Source of the DNA: a virus
Taxonomy: Duplodnaviria > Caudoviricetes
Direction: 5' to 3' (one strand)
Length of the DNA: 52,782 nucleotides
Virus record (IMG/VR): IMGVR_UViG_3300025674_000059
Span: 1 to 52,782 of that record
Shown: in pieces, positions 38,236-48,160 of the stretch
How positions within the stretch are numbered: position 1 is the first letter of the stretch
Layout of the letters: each line of letters begins with the position of its first letter
Translations under genes and position numbers: made by a program
Notes under the pieces: generated by a model
Databases searched by the model: none
What the model was told of the DNA's origin: nothing
The model's input: only the letters and a program-made list of their open reading frames with translations

Positions 38236-38675
38236 GTACGGCGATATTGGATATCCAAAAATCTAAACTTGCAGCGATACAAGACGTAGTTTCTGCTATT
38301 TCAAGAACCCGTCCTAACGCGCCGTCTCCGTATATTAATACGCATCACTTTGCTCCTGGAATTTATATGCGAGCGTATTACGGAGTCAAAGGTTCGGTAG
38401 TCGTAAGCCAAGTTCATTTACACGAGCATATGACGATATTAGCAGCGGGACATTGTCGCGTTATTTCTACGATGCAAGATGAAGAACGGATAGACGTTTA
38501 TAAAGATTTCGCGATTATGAATACGCCAGCGCATACGAAACGGGCGTTATACTTTTTAGAAAATACGACGATCATTACGGTTCACCCTAATCCTGACGAT
38601 ATCCGAGATATTCCAGAATTAGAGCGGATGTTTGTTGTTGATAATTTTAAGGATATTGAACAATGGCATTCGTAG
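38232..38675 (+). CDS. Cupin-fold phage protein
   Basis: HHFAPGIYMR, VHLHEH, TKRA and ITVHPN motifs. Confidence 0.6.
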   Translation: MSTAILDIQKSKLAAIQDVVSAISRTRPNAPSPYINTHHFAPGIYMRAYYGVKGSVVVSQVHLHEHMTILAAGHCRVISTMQDEERIDVYKDFAIMNTPAHTKRALYFLENTTIITVHPNPDDIRDIPELERMFVVDNFKDIEQWHS

Positions 38676-39604
38676 TTACTGCAGTAGTTATCGCAACAGG
38701 CACAGCCGCATACGGCGCAAGTCAATCTCGTAAAGCCCAAAAACGTGCTGAAGAAAACGCTCAAACTCGTGCGTTAATTGAAGGGTCTGCCCCGAATATC
38801 GCGATGGTTAAAGAAGTTATTCCTGAAGAAGTACAGGGTAGCGAAGTTACTGGATTAGAGGCAGCGTTAAAAGCGATGGATTACGGAGGCGGTCAGCCCC
38901 CGATTCCTGGAGCGGCGGAACAAGGTGTTATGCCTACTGATATGCCTGAAGAAGAATTAATGGGGATATTAGAACAGCAGGGCGGGTTAGAAGGTTTGTT
39001 GCCGCAAGGGATGGCTGACGGTGGGCCGGTAGGTACGCCTAGCGATGTATATTATTTTGGCGTTCCGCAAATTATGGGAATGATGCAAGACCCCGACCCA
39101 CAGATCCAGCAGGTAGGTATGCAACTTGCGGATCAAATGGAAATGAACCCTGATGCGGGGATGGTGCCAGCTACGCAACAACAAATACAAACGATGGCTA
39201 ATGGGGGCGCTGTTACCGCAAAAAAGTTTTCTAACGGAGGGATCACTGACGATGAGCTACAAAGGAGAGCTGGGTTAGATCCTCTACAAGAACTTGAAAG
39301 ATTAAAGGGATCCACAAAAAGAGACTTGTTATCAAGTCTTGGGTTGCCTGAAGATTTTGGAGAAAGGAATAGAGAAGACGTTCTGTTTAGTGAATTAATG
39401 GATCGTTTAGATTTGCCTGTAGATATTCAAAAAGAAGGCGACGAGTATTCGATGTCTAAGATATTCGGAGACGAAGATTCCTCATTACGTTTAGGTGCTT
39501 CGACGAACCGTGGTGATCCGCAAATAAGGTTAGATTTCCAAAAACGATTTGCTGAAGGTGGCCCGATAACTGAGGAACGGCTAAACCAGCTTAGACGCAG
39601 TTGA
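38663..39604 (+). CDS. Putative ejection/internal virion protein
   Basis: Hydrophobic N-terminus then basic helix; four xxGG motifs. Confidence 0.5.
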   Translation: MAFVVTAVVIATGTAAYGASQSRKAQKRAEENAQTRALIEGSAPNIAMVKEVIPEEVQGSEVTGLEAALKAMDYGGGQPPIPGAAEQGVMPTDMPEEELMGILEQQGGLEGLLPQGMADGGPVGTPSDVYYFGVPQIMGMMQDPDPQIQQVGMQLADQMEMNPDAGMVPATQQQIQTMANGGAVTAKKFSNGGITDDELQRRAGLDPLQELERLKGSTKRDLLSSLGLPEDFGERNREDVLFSELMDRLDLPVDIQKEGDEYSMSKIFGDEDSSLRLGASTNRGDPQIRLDFQKRFAEGGPITEERLNQLRRS

Positions 39605-41118
39605 CCACCCCACTTGAACAGCTAAAGGAAGTAGACCTATCGCATTTGTCGAAAGATGAAGCGAAAGAGTTTACCCTTCTCCTAGAGGAATTAGAAAAGC
39701 GTGAAAAACGCGAAAGTTCTATGGCGTCGTTTTACGATTTTGTTAAAACGATTTGGCCAGAGTTTATTGCGGGTGCGCACCACAAAAAGATGTCCGAGGC
39801 ATTCGATAAAATCGCCAGCGGAGAATCAAAGCGCCTCATAATCAATATGCCGCCGCGACATACGAAGTCTGAATTTGCTTCGTATTTGTTTCCAGCTTAC
39901 TTATTAGGTAAACGTCCTAAATTAAAAATTATTGAAGCTACGCACACAGCTGACCTTGCGGTTAATTTTGGACGCAGGGTTCGTGACTTAATTGAAAGTG
40001 AAGAGTATGCGGAGATATTTCCGGCTACCGAACTAAAAGCTGACTCGCGAAGCGCGGGTAAATGGAATACATCGCAGGGCGGTCAGTATTATGCGGCGGG
40101 TATTGGCGGTGCACTCGCGGGTCGTGGTGCTGATTTGTTTATTATCGACGATCCCCACTCCGAACAAGACGCTTTTTCGGATAAAGCGTTAGAAGAAGCC
40201 TACGAATGGTATCAAACTGGCCCCCGTCAGCGCCTTCAGCCAGGAGGTGCGATCGTTATCGTAATGACTCGTTGGTCTAAAAAGGACATAACGGGTAAAT
40301 TAATCAAGCGGATGACGCAAGAAAAGGGTGGCGACGAATGGGAGGTTATTGAGTTTCCCGCGATATTGCCATCAGGTAAACCGCTATGGCCTGAATTTTG
40401 GTCATTAGACGAATTAGAAGCGACTAAAGCGTCGATACCTCCGTCTAAATGGGCAGCGCAGTATATGCAGCGGCCTACGGGCGAGGGTATTTCGATTATT
40501 CCTAAAGAATGGATAATGGAATGGCCTAGAGATAAGCCTCCGACGTGCGATTATTTGATCCAAAGTTACGATACGGCGTTTTTAAAGTCCGAAAGATCCG
40601 ACTATACGGCGATAACGACGTGGGGAGTGTTCTATCCCGAGGGTAAAATCGGCGATGAACTGTATAGTGGGCAGGATGCGCATATAATTTTGTTAGATTG
40701 CGTAAAAGAGCGGTTAGATTTCCCCGAACTCAAGCGCGAAGCGATGCGATTATACGAGCATTGGGAGCCTGATTCGGTAATTATCGAAACAAAAGCCTCT
40801 GGTATCCCGCTAACGCAGGAATTACGGCGGCAGGGTATCCCAATAAATACCTTTTCACCGAGCAAAGGTCAGGATAAGATCGCAAGATTAAACGCGGTTA
40901 GTGGAATTTTCCAAGAAGGCCGTGTTTGGGTGCCTGATACGAACTGGGCGCAAGAATTAGTAGACGAAGTTGCTGATTTTCCGAACGGGGACAATGATGA
41001 TTGTGTAGATGCAACTACATTAGCCCTAAGTCGCTTTAGACAGGGCGGATTTTTGCGATTAGACGGCGATTATGACGACGAAGAAGAGTATTATCCGAAA
41101 ATACGGGCATATTACTAA
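39601..41118 (+). CDS. terL: Terminase large subunit
   Basis: MPPRHTKSE, GRGADLFIIDDP, MTRW, SYDTA and NDDCVDA motifs. Confidence 0.95.
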   Translation: MTTPLEQLKEVDLSHLSKDEAKEFTLLLEELEKREKRESSMASFYDFVKTIWPEFIAGAHHKKMSEAFDKIASGESKRLIINMPPRHTKSEFASYLFPAYLLGKRPKLKIIEATHTADLAVNFGRRVRDLIESEEYAEIFPATELKADSRSAGKWNTSQGGQYYAAGIGGALAGRGADLFIIDDPHSEQDAFSDKALEEAYEWYQTGPRQRLQPGGAIVIVMTRWSKKDITGKLIKRMTQEKGGDEWEVIEFPAILPSGKPLWPEFWSLDELEATKASIPPSKWAAQYMQRPTGEGISIIPKEWIMEWPRDKPPTCDYLIQSYDTAFLKSERSDYTAITTWGVFYPEGKIGDELYSGQDAHIILLDCVKERLDFPELKREAMRLYEHWEPDSVIIETKASGIPLTQELRRQGIPINTFSPSKGQDKIARLNAVSGIFQEGRVWVPDTNWAQELVDEVADFPNGDNDDCVDATTLALSRFRQGGFLRLDGDYDDEEEYYPKIRAYY

Positions 41119-41147
41119 TTTACCGTCTCAAAAAATAAGAGTAGGGT
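41119..41147 (+). promoter_or_regulatory. Possible sigma70-like promoter upstream of portal
   Basis: TTTACC-17 nt-TAGGGT. Confidence 0.4.
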
Positions 41148-41155
41148 AGCGTTCC

Positions 41156-43528
41156 ATGGCTGAAGTGCAATTCCCAGAAGAGTTTGAAGGCGAAGAACAG
41201 GTAGAAATTCTGTTTGACGAGGAAGATAACCTCGTTGACCCTTCTATGTTAGAAATGGAAGTAGATATTCCGTTTGAGGAAAACCTCGCGGAGTATTTAG
41301 ACCCTGCTACGTTGTCTGAAATTTCTAGTGAACTTCTTAGTGCCTACGAAAACGATGTTGACTCCCGTCAAGATTGGTACGAAACATTTAAAAACGGTTT
41401 AGAACTGCTAGGTATTGAAAACGATCCTCGTAGTGAACCGTTTGAAGGCGCGAGCGGCGTATACCATCCCGTATTGGCTGAAGCGGCTACGCATTTTCAA
41501 GCGCAAGCATATAAAGAACTTTTACCAGCTAACGGCCCTGTAGATACGAAAATTATGGGCGCTTCTAATGATCCTAAAGCGATGCAGGCTAATCGCGTTA
41601 AGGATTTTATGAATTATCAGCTGATGTACAAAATGGACGAATACGATCCTGAAATGGATCAGATGTTGTTCTTTTTGCCGTTAGCAGGTTCTGCGTTTAA
41701 GAAATGCTATTACGACCCTACGATGGGCCGAGTCGTTTCTAGGTTTATTAAAGCTGAAGATTTAATTGTTCCGTATACAGCTACGGATCTACACACGTCA
41801 CCTCGTATTACACACCGCTTGAGTATGACGGAGAATGATCTTCGTAAGTTACAGCTAAGTGGTTTTTATGTAGACGAGGATATGAACCCTCCGTCGTATG
41901 CTGACAACAGTGATTCAGTACAGCAAAAGATTGATGAGTTAGACGGGGTCACTCGTACAGGGAACCAGCACGACTATACGCTGCTTGAGTTTCACGTTGA
42001 GTTAGATATCGAAGGTTTTGAGCATACGGATAACGACGGAGAGCCTACTGGGTTAGCTATCCCGTATATCGTAACTATTTGTAAAGATAACAACACCGTG
42101 TTATCCGTCCGTAGGAATTACGAAGAAACGGATCCGATGCGTAAGAAAGTTGAATACTTCACGCATTACAAGTTTCTTCCAGGATTGGGTTTTTACGGTT
42201 TCGGGTTGATCCACATGATTGGTGGCGTAACTAAATCAGCTACGGCTATTTTACGTCAGCTAATTGACGCAGGTACGTTAGCTAACTTACCAGCTGGTTT
42301 TAAAGCTCGTGGGTTAAATATCCAACGTTCTGATGATCCAGTGCAACCAGGAGAGTGGCGTGACGTAGATACTCCTGGAGGAACTATCCGCGACTCCTTT
42401 ATGCCTCTCCCCTATAAAGAACCTAGCGCAACTTTAGCGCAGCTATTAGGGTTACTCGTAGAGTCTGGGCAGCGGTTTGCATCTGTAATGGATAACCAAA
42501 CTGGGGACGCTAACTCTAATGCTCCAGTAGGCACTACCGTTGCGTTGTTAGAAAAAGGTCAAAAAGTTATTTCTGCAATCCACAAGCGGTTGCATTACGC
42601 GCAGCGTAACGAATTCAAAATACTAAAGCGATTATTCGGTGAGTATCTACCTCCTGAGTATCCGTACCAAGTACAGGGCGCACAGCAAACTGTTTTCGCT
42701 GAGGACTTTAACAACAGCGTAGACGTTATTCCTGTTTGCGACCCTAATATCTTTAGTACGACCCAGCGTATTATTTTAGCGCAGACTCAACTTCAGATGG
42801 CTCAAAGTGCTCCTCAGATTCATAATCTGAAAGAAGCATACCGCAAGATGTATATTGCTTTGAACATTAAAGATATCGACGATATCTTAATGCCTGATAT
42901 GGCCCCTGCGCCTAAAGACCCCGTCCAAGAAAATATGGACGCATTGATGAGTGCTCCTTTACAAGCGTTCATTCAACAAAACCATGACGCCCACGTTCAA
43001 GCACATATGGCGTTTATGCAAAATCCTCAAACACAGCAGAATCCACAAGCGATGGGTGCGCTTCAAGCGCACATTCAACAGCACCAAGCTCTGAAGTATC
43101 GTATCCAAGTGGAAGAAATGTTGGCTCAACAAGGTATCCAGCTACCGCAGCCTGGGCCGGACGGCCAGTTGCCTCAGTTGCCTCCCGAAGCAGAAAACCA
43201 GATAGCTATGGCGGCTGCTCAAGCAACTCAGCAGATCACTGGTCAAGAACAAGCTCTTGCTCAAGCGATGGCCGCACAGCAGCAAGATCCTCAGCGCCAG
43301 ATGTTCGAACAACAGATGGAATTAGAGTTCGAAAAACTTAAACAACGTGATAGGGAATCCGAGCGTAAAGCGCAGTTGGAAAGAGAGCGTATTGAATCTC
43401 AAGAACAACAAACGGATATCCGTGTAGCTTCTGATCTACAGCAAGCAGAGATGCGCGATGATAGAGAAGTAGATTCTAATTTGACTGAGATTGCAAAGAT
43501 TGTTCGGGAGTCACAGGAAAAGGATTAA
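41156..43528 (+). CDS. Portal protein
   Basis: Follows terL; PFEGASGV.HP.LAEA, FLPGLGFYGFG and RQLIDAGTL.NLP motifs; Gln-rich tail. Confidence 0.9.
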   Translation: MAEVQFPEEFEGEEQVEILFDEEDNLVDPSMLEMEVDIPFEENLAEYLDPATLSEISSELLSAYENDVDSRQDWYETFKNGLELLGIENDPRSEPFEGASGVYHPVLAEAATHFQAQAYKELLPANGPVDTKIMGASNDPKAMQANRVKDFMNYQLMYKMDEYDPEMDQMLFFLPLAGSAFKKCYYDPTMGRVVSRFIKAEDLIVPYTATDLHTSPRITHRLSMTENDLRKLQLSGFYVDEDMNPPSYADNSDSVQQKIDELDGVTRTGNQHDYTLLEFHVELDIEGFEHTDNDGEPTGLAIPYIVTICKDNNTVLSVRRNYEETDPMRKKVEYFTHYKFLPGLGFYGFGLIHMIGGVTKSATAILRQLIDAGTLANLPAGFKARGLNIQRSDDPVQPGEWRDVDTPGGTIRDSFMPLPYKEPSATLAQLLGLLVESGQRFASVMDNQTGDANSNAPVGTTVALLEKGQKVISAIHKRLHYAQRNEFKILKRLFGEYLPPEYPYQVQGAQQTVFAEDFNNSVDVIPVCDPNIFSTTQRIILAQTQLQMAQSAPQIHNLKEAYRKMYIALNIKDIDDILMPDMAPAPKDPVQENMDALMSAPLQAFIQQNHDAHVQAHMAFMQNPQTQQNPQAMGALQAHIQQHQALKYRIQVEEMLAQQGIQLPQPGPDGQLPQLPPEAENQIAMAAAQATQQITGQEQALAQAMAAQQQDPQRQMFEQQMELEFEKLKQRDRESERKAQLERERIESQEQQTDIRVASDLQQAEMRDDREVDSNLTEIAKIVRESQEKD

Positions 43529-44206
43529 TTGTCTCACCTAATAAGTAATATCCCGCATTTTAATTGCTGGGTTAGAAAAGAGTATACGCATAATCATTTA
43601 CAGTATCACGGAGAGTATTTACATGCGATTGCGATTGCGGTAAATACCATACCTGATAGATGTTTATCTTTCCAAGTTGTATTTACAGGGTACGAACTTG
43701 ATGAGGACGAAGATTCTGAAAATCTTCATGGTGGAGCGATGTGGGCTAGGATGCCTATTACCGCGTTAGTTGGAGACGCACTTATTGATGAGATGCCTGA
43801 AGGGATGGCAACTCATCTAGCGCAGCCTTGGGATTGTAGTTCCCGAAACCATGAGGTTATTGTTATGGATCGTGTATCTTCTAGCCCTTGGTTATGTAAG
43901 ATAGATAACGAGTTCCATACGGGAAAGTATTTGTTCACTGTTGACTATACGGGGAACGATATAGCTGATGATCCTGCTCAACATAAGCAGAGTCACGTTA
44001 TTCAGCTTACTGATGCGGGGAAATGGACAGGCAATATTGTAGCGTTGCCTAATAATCGTGTAAGAGCGACTAATCCTGCATTATGGGAGACAGGTTCAGG
44101 AGCACCGGACTTTTATCCTAGTCAGCACGTACATAGTGCGGAGATTGACGACAGTTACATGGATCCGAACATTACGTTTAATAACTTGTACGCCGAAGGA
44201 GATTAA
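43529..44206 (+). CDS. Conserved phage protein of unknown function
   Basis: TTG start with AAGGA RBS; GGAMWARMPI, QPWDC, GKYLFTVD and PNNR motifs. Confidence 0.75.
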   Translation: MSHLISNIPHFNCWVRKEYTHNHLQYHGEYLHAIAIAVNTIPDRCLSFQVVFTGYELDEDEDSENLHGGAMWARMPITALVGDALIDEMPEGMATHLAQPWDCSSRNHEVIVMDRVSSSPWLCKIDNEFHTGKYLFTVDYTGNDIADDPAQHKQSHVIQLTDAGKWTGNIVALPNNRVRATNPALWETGSGAPDFYPSQHVHSAEIDDSYMDPNITFNNLYAEGD

Positions 44207-44207
44207 A

Positions 44208-44327
44208 ATGCCAGGACGCAAAACGAACAAAAAGATGCCTAAGAAAATGGGCATGGGCGGCAAGACCGCTAAGAAAATGCCGATGAAAATGAAGCGCGGC
44301 GGTAAAACTGGAGGCAAAAAGAAGTGA
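44208..44327 (+). CDS. 39-aa Lys/Met/Gly-rich basic peptide
   Basis: AAGGAG RBS; MPGRKTNKKMPKKMGMGGKTAKKMPMKMKRGGKTGGKKK. Confidence 0.7.
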   Translation: MPGRKTNKKMPKKMGMGGKTAKKMPMKMKRGGKTGGKKK

Positions 44328-44536
44328 GAAATTTTAGATCTACGGAACTTCCGTATCCGTCTCCTAAAACTCAGAAGGCAGGAGTTATGCCGTCTATTCC
44401 AGAACCTTCTAACGAAGGTTTTGCGAAGCCTACCGAGTTAAAGCAAAAGACTGTTGACCTTCCTGGAAAGAAAGTAAGGACAAAAGGTACTGGTGCAGCA
44501 ACTAAAGGATTGGATTTTACTAGCTACATCAACTAA
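44324..44536 (+). CDS. Small basic protein
   Basis: GTGAATKG motif common in head modules of such phages. Confidence 0.7.
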   Translation: MRNFRSTELPYPSPKTQKAGVMPSIPEPSNEGFAKPTELKQKTVDLPGKKVRTKGTGAATKGLDFTSYIN

Positions 44537-44736
44537 TGGATTTTATAAAATATTCGGAGTTTTTACTCCGCAAACTGCGGGAGAGACAAGCGGATCTCAC
44601 GCAAACACTCGCCACTGGTGGCGCACAAGACTTTGTTCAGTACCAACGTATTGTTGGTGAAATTTCAGGGCTTAATTTCGCTGAACAAGAAATAATCGCC
44701 CTGCATGGAAGGATGGAAGATGTCGAAGACGACTGA
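44536..44736 (+). CDS. Conserved small protein preceding GroES
   Basis: Y..IVGEI.GL motif; TAATG coupling. Confidence 0.75.
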   Translation: MDFIKYSEFLLRKLRERQADLTQTLATGGAQDFVQYQRIVGEISGLNFAEQEIIALHGRMEDVEDD

Positions 44737-45181
44737 AGAAATTGACCTAAGTAGCATAAGTGCTACCCCTGAACGAGTTCTTAATTTTGGTTCTGATACG
44801 CCTTCAGAACCTGCTAAAGAGGGCATAACCTCTGAAAATTATGAAGCTCATGCGGATAAGCTACCTAACCCAACGGGCTATCGGTTACTTATTCTTCCGT
44901 TTACTCCTCCGGAGAAAACAAAAGGCGGCATTATGTTAGCTAAACAAACTCTTGATAAAGAGCGGATAGCTACCGTAGTTGGGCTGGTTGTAAGAAAAGG
45001 CCCAGATGCTTATTCCGACAAAGATAAATTTCCCGAAGGCGCTTGGTGCGATGAAGGCGATTGGGTAATTTTTGGTCGCTATGCAGGAGCTAGATTTAAT
45101 ATCGACGGAGGCGATATGCGCCTTTTAAACGATGATGAAATTTTAGCTGTTGTAAATAATCCAGAAGATATTCTGCAATAA
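44720..45181 (+). CDS. groES: Co-chaperonin GroES homologue
   Basis: PTGYRLLI...KTKGGI, GDWVIFGRYAG and LLNDDEILAVV motifs. Confidence 0.9.
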   Translation: MSKTTEEIDLSSISATPERVLNFGSDTPSEPAKEGITSENYEAHADKLPNPTGYRLLILPFTPPEKTKGGIMLAKQTLDKERIATVVGLVVRKGPDAYSDKDKFPEGAWCDEGDWVIFGRYAGARFNIDGGDMRLLNDDEILAVVNNPEDILQ

Positions 45182-45192
45182 GGTGATATGTA

Positions 45193-46056
45193 ATGGCTGA
45201 ATCCCAAGATATTGAACTGATACTTCCTGATGAGGAAGTCGATTCTAGAGAGGCGGATGTTCTGCAGGAACCTGCACAAGACTTTGATATGTCTGCTCCA
45301 GAAGAAACTGTTTCTAACTCTGATGAGTTAGAAGAATACAGTGATGGTGTTAAAAAACGCATTGATAAATTAACTTATCGTATGCGGGAAGCTGAACGTC
45401 AGAGAGAAGAAGCGATTGAATTTGCTAAGAGAATGTCTGAGCAAAATAACCAACTTCAAACTAAGTTACACTCCTCCGATTCAACTCTAGTTAATGAGTA
45501 TACTCAGCGTATTGAACTGGATAAGGAGCGAGCGCGTAGGGCACTTAAAGAAGCTCAAGAGCTTGGCGACGCTGAAGCTATTGCATTAGCTACAGAAGCG
45601 GTTGCTAAAATTTCTTACGAAGCGCAAAATGCCCAAAGATTAGTAGCACGACAGAAAAACGCACCTAAACAAGTGCAGATTCCTGAAGTGTCGCAACGGA
45701 ATATACAGCCAGCTGCTCCAGATGCAAGTGCGGAAGCATGGGCAGAAAAGAATAGCTGGTTTGGTGAAGACGAAGGCATGACATATGCTGCTATGGGCAT
45801 TCATCAAAAATTAATTAAGGAAGGAGTACCTCCTAGTTCCAAGCATTATTACCAACGGGTAGATGCGGAAATGAGAGATCTCTTTCCACAAAAGTTCGCC
45901 GATGAGACGAAAAACGTGCAATCTTCTGTAGCAGGTGCCAGCCGTGGTGCTGGTTCTGTAAAGAAAGGAGCACGCAGTGTGAAACTCACACCTTCACAGA
46001 TAGCAATTGCTAAAAGAATAGGTGTGCCTCTAGAAGAGTACGCAAAGTTTGTATAG
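45193..46056 (+). CDS. Capsid scaffolding protein
   Basis: Acidic coiled coil; YS..VKKRI.KLT and AKRIGVPLEEYAK motifs; position before capsid genes. Confidence 0.75.
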   Translation: MAESQDIELILPDEEVDSREADVLQEPAQDFDMSAPEETVSNSDELEEYSDGVKKRIDKLTYRMREAERQREEAIEFAKRMSEQNNQLQTKLHSSDSTLVNEYTQRIELDKERARRALKEAQELGDAEAIALATEAVAKISYEAQNAQRLVARQKNAPKQVQIPEVSQRNIQPAAPDASAEAWAEKNSWFGEDEGMTYAAMGIHQKLIKEGVPPSSKHYYQRVDAEMRDLFPQKFADETKNVQSSVAGASRGAGSVKKGARSVKLTPSQIAIAKRIGVPLEEYAKFV

Positions 46057-46059
46057 GAG

Positions 46060-46533
46060 ATGAAAATGACAGATCGTACCTCCAGATCTGCTGAAACTCG
46101 AGCAAAAACAGCTCGCCGTAAACCTTGGCAACCCCCTTCAATGTTGGACGCCCCTCAAGCCCCAGCTGGCTATAAGCATAGATGGGTTCGTGCAGAAGTT
46201 CGTGGGCACGATGACCGAGCGAATATGTCTAAACGTATTCGTGAAGGATTCGAGCCAGTAAGAGCAGAAGACTATCCTGACTTCGACGCTCCTACGATTG
46301 ACGAAGGAAAGCACGCTGGCGTAATTGGTGTTGGTGGGTTAATTCTTGCGAAGATTCCTGACGAAACTGTGAATGAAAGAAACGCATATTTCCGAGGAAA
46401 GACTGCGGATCAGCTTCAGGGTGTTGACAATGATCTTCTGCGAGATAGTGACCCTCGTATGCCGCTTAGACAAAGCGATATCCGAAGGGACTCAAAAGTT
46501 GAGTTTGGTAGTCGAGAACCGGCTACTGATTAA
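46060..46533 (+). CDS. Conserved head-module protein
   Basis: WQPPSMLDAP, HRWVR, REGFEPV and GVGGLILA motifs. Confidence 0.7.
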   Translation: MKMTDRTSRSAETRAKTARRKPWQPPSMLDAPQAPAGYKHRWVRAEVRGHDDRANMSKRIREGFEPVRAEDYPDFDAPTIDEGKHAGVIGVGGLILAKIPDETVNERNAYFRGKTADQLQGVDNDLLRDSDPRMPLRQSDIRRDSKVEFGSREPATD

Positions 46534-46562
46534 TTTCATCATTTTCCTTAGAGGATTAAATC

Positions 46563-47102
46563 ATGGCTAATATTGACGCCCCTAACGGGTTCACCCCAGC
46601 CTACCACCTATATGGTGGTGTGATTCGTCCTCAGAAGTTGCGTATTGCAAGTGGTACTAACGCCTCCATTTTTAATGGCGACGTAGTTAACCTTTCTTCT
46701 GGGTATGTAATCCAAGGCACCGCCACAGGAACTCCTTGCGGAGTATTTGCTGGCGTTTATTACACGGCAACCGACGGTACACCAACATTCGCAAACAGCT
46801 GGACAGCAAACGTAACTACGTTAGGCGGTGCAGATGTTGAAGCGTATGTCTATACCGATCCAGCGATCGTGTATGAGGCACAATTTACTGCAGGTACTCC
46901 TGCTGTAAGTTTCATCGGTAATAAATACACTATTACTACTACTGCTGGCAGCACCAACAATGGACGATCCAAAGAAGGTGTAACAGCGACAACCAGCAGC
47001 GGCATCGCGTTGTTAAACAGGTTCGTAGATTCTCCGAGCAACACCATTGGTGCTAACGCTCGTGGATACTTTACGTTCCCAACTAACGTATTTGCGGTAT
47101 AG
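46563..47102 (+). CDS. Capsid decoration/cement protein
   Basis: MANIDAP.GF.P, IFNGDVV and DP..VYE motifs; directly before MCP. Confidence 0.7.
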   Translation: MANIDAPNGFTPAYHLYGGVIRPQKLRIASGTNASIFNGDVVNLSSGYVIQGTATGTPCGVFAGVYYTATDGTPTFANSWTANVTTLGGADVEAYVYTDPAIVYEAQFTAGTPAVSFIGNKYTITTTAGSTNNGRSKEGVTATTSSGIALLNRFVDSPSNTIGANARGYFTFPTNVFAV

Positions 47103-47113
47103 GAGAGTAACTA

Positions 47114-48025
47114 ATGGCTATTTCAAGAGCGCAACTCGTAAAAGAGCTTGTTCCTGGCCTTCACGCTCTCTTCGGTTTAGAGTATGAACGCTATGCACCT
47201 GAGCATGAAGAAATCTTCGATACGGAGACTTCTGAACGAGCTTTCGAAGAGGAAGTAATGCTTAGTGGTTTTGGTGAGGCACCTGTGAAATTTGAAGGTT
47301 CTGCAGTATCTTACGATACCGCACAAGAATCTTTCACTGCTCGCTACACTCACGAAACTGTCGCTTTGGCGTTTTCTTTGACTGAAGAAGCAATTGAAGA
47401 TAATCTGTACGACACCCTGTCTTCTCGTTATACACGAGCACTAGCTCGTTCTATGATGCAGACGAAGCAAATTAAAGCTGCGAACGTATTGAACAATGCG
47501 TTTAACAGTTCATTTGTTGGTGGAGACGGTAAAGAGCTTTGTGCAACTGATCACCCCACCGTGGGCAATCAAGACCAACGCAACGAACTGTCAACTGCTG
47601 CAGACTTAAACGAAACTTCGTTAGAGCAATCGTTGATTGATATCGCAGCTTTCGAAGATGAGCGTGGTCTAAAGATCAATGCTCAGGCTCGTAAGTTGAT
47701 TATCCCATCTGCTCTGCAATTCGTTGCAGATCGTCTACTGGAAACTCCAGGACGAGTAGGTACTGCGGATAACGATATTAACGCGATCCGTAATATGGGT
47801 ATGGTTCCTGAAGGATATACGGTTAATCATTATCTAACAGATACTGATGCCTTCTTCCTGAAGACCGACGTACCTAATGGTCTGAAGCACTTTGTGCGAT
47901 CTCCTGTCTCTACGAATATGGAAGGTGACTTTGAAACCGGAAATGTTCGTTATAAGGCCAGAGAACGCTACAGCTTTGGCTTTAGTGACTGGCGTGGTAT
48001 TTTCGGCTCTCCTGGAGCTGCGTAA
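47114..48025 (+). CDS. Major capsid protein (Mu gpT-like)
   Basis: MAISRAQL.KEL.PGL.ALFG and YKARERYSFG.SDWRG.FGSPG motifs. Confidence 0.92.
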   Translation: MAISRAQLVKELVPGLHALFGLEYERYAPEHEEIFDTETSERAFEEEVMLSGFGEAPVKFEGSAVSYDTAQESFTARYTHETVALAFSLTEEAIEDNLYDTLSSRYTRALARSMMQTKQIKAANVLNNAFNSSFVGGDGKELCATDHPTVGNQDQRNELSTAADLNETSLEQSLIDIAAFEDERGLKINAQARKLIIPSALQFVADRLLETPGRVGTADNDINAIRNMGMVPEGYTVNHYLTDTDAFFLKTDVPNGLKHFVRSPVSTNMEGDFETGNVRYKARERYSFGFSDWRGIFGSPGAA

Positions 48026-48031
48026 TATCGC

Positions 48032-48066
48032 AAAAGAAAGGGGCACTAGTTGCCCCTTTTCTTTTT
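48032..48066 (+). terminator. Terminator after MCP
   Basis: AAAGGGGCA-CTAGT-TGCCCCTTT followed by T runs. Confidence 0.85.
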
Positions 48067-48085
48067 CTCGTGTATAAACCCACTA

Positions 48086-48160
48086 TCTGAGAAAAACAGC
48101 CTTAGCGACCGACTCAGACGGACGTTACGAAGACTCTAAGGCGAATCCTTTCGTAAGAGG
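48086..48160 (+). ncRNA. Candidate pseudoknotted RNA downstream of MCP (possibly Mu-gpT-DE-like)
   Basis: Three crossing helices TCTGAG/CTCAGA, GCCTTAG/CTAAGGC and TTACGAA/TTCGTAA. Confidence 0.55.
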
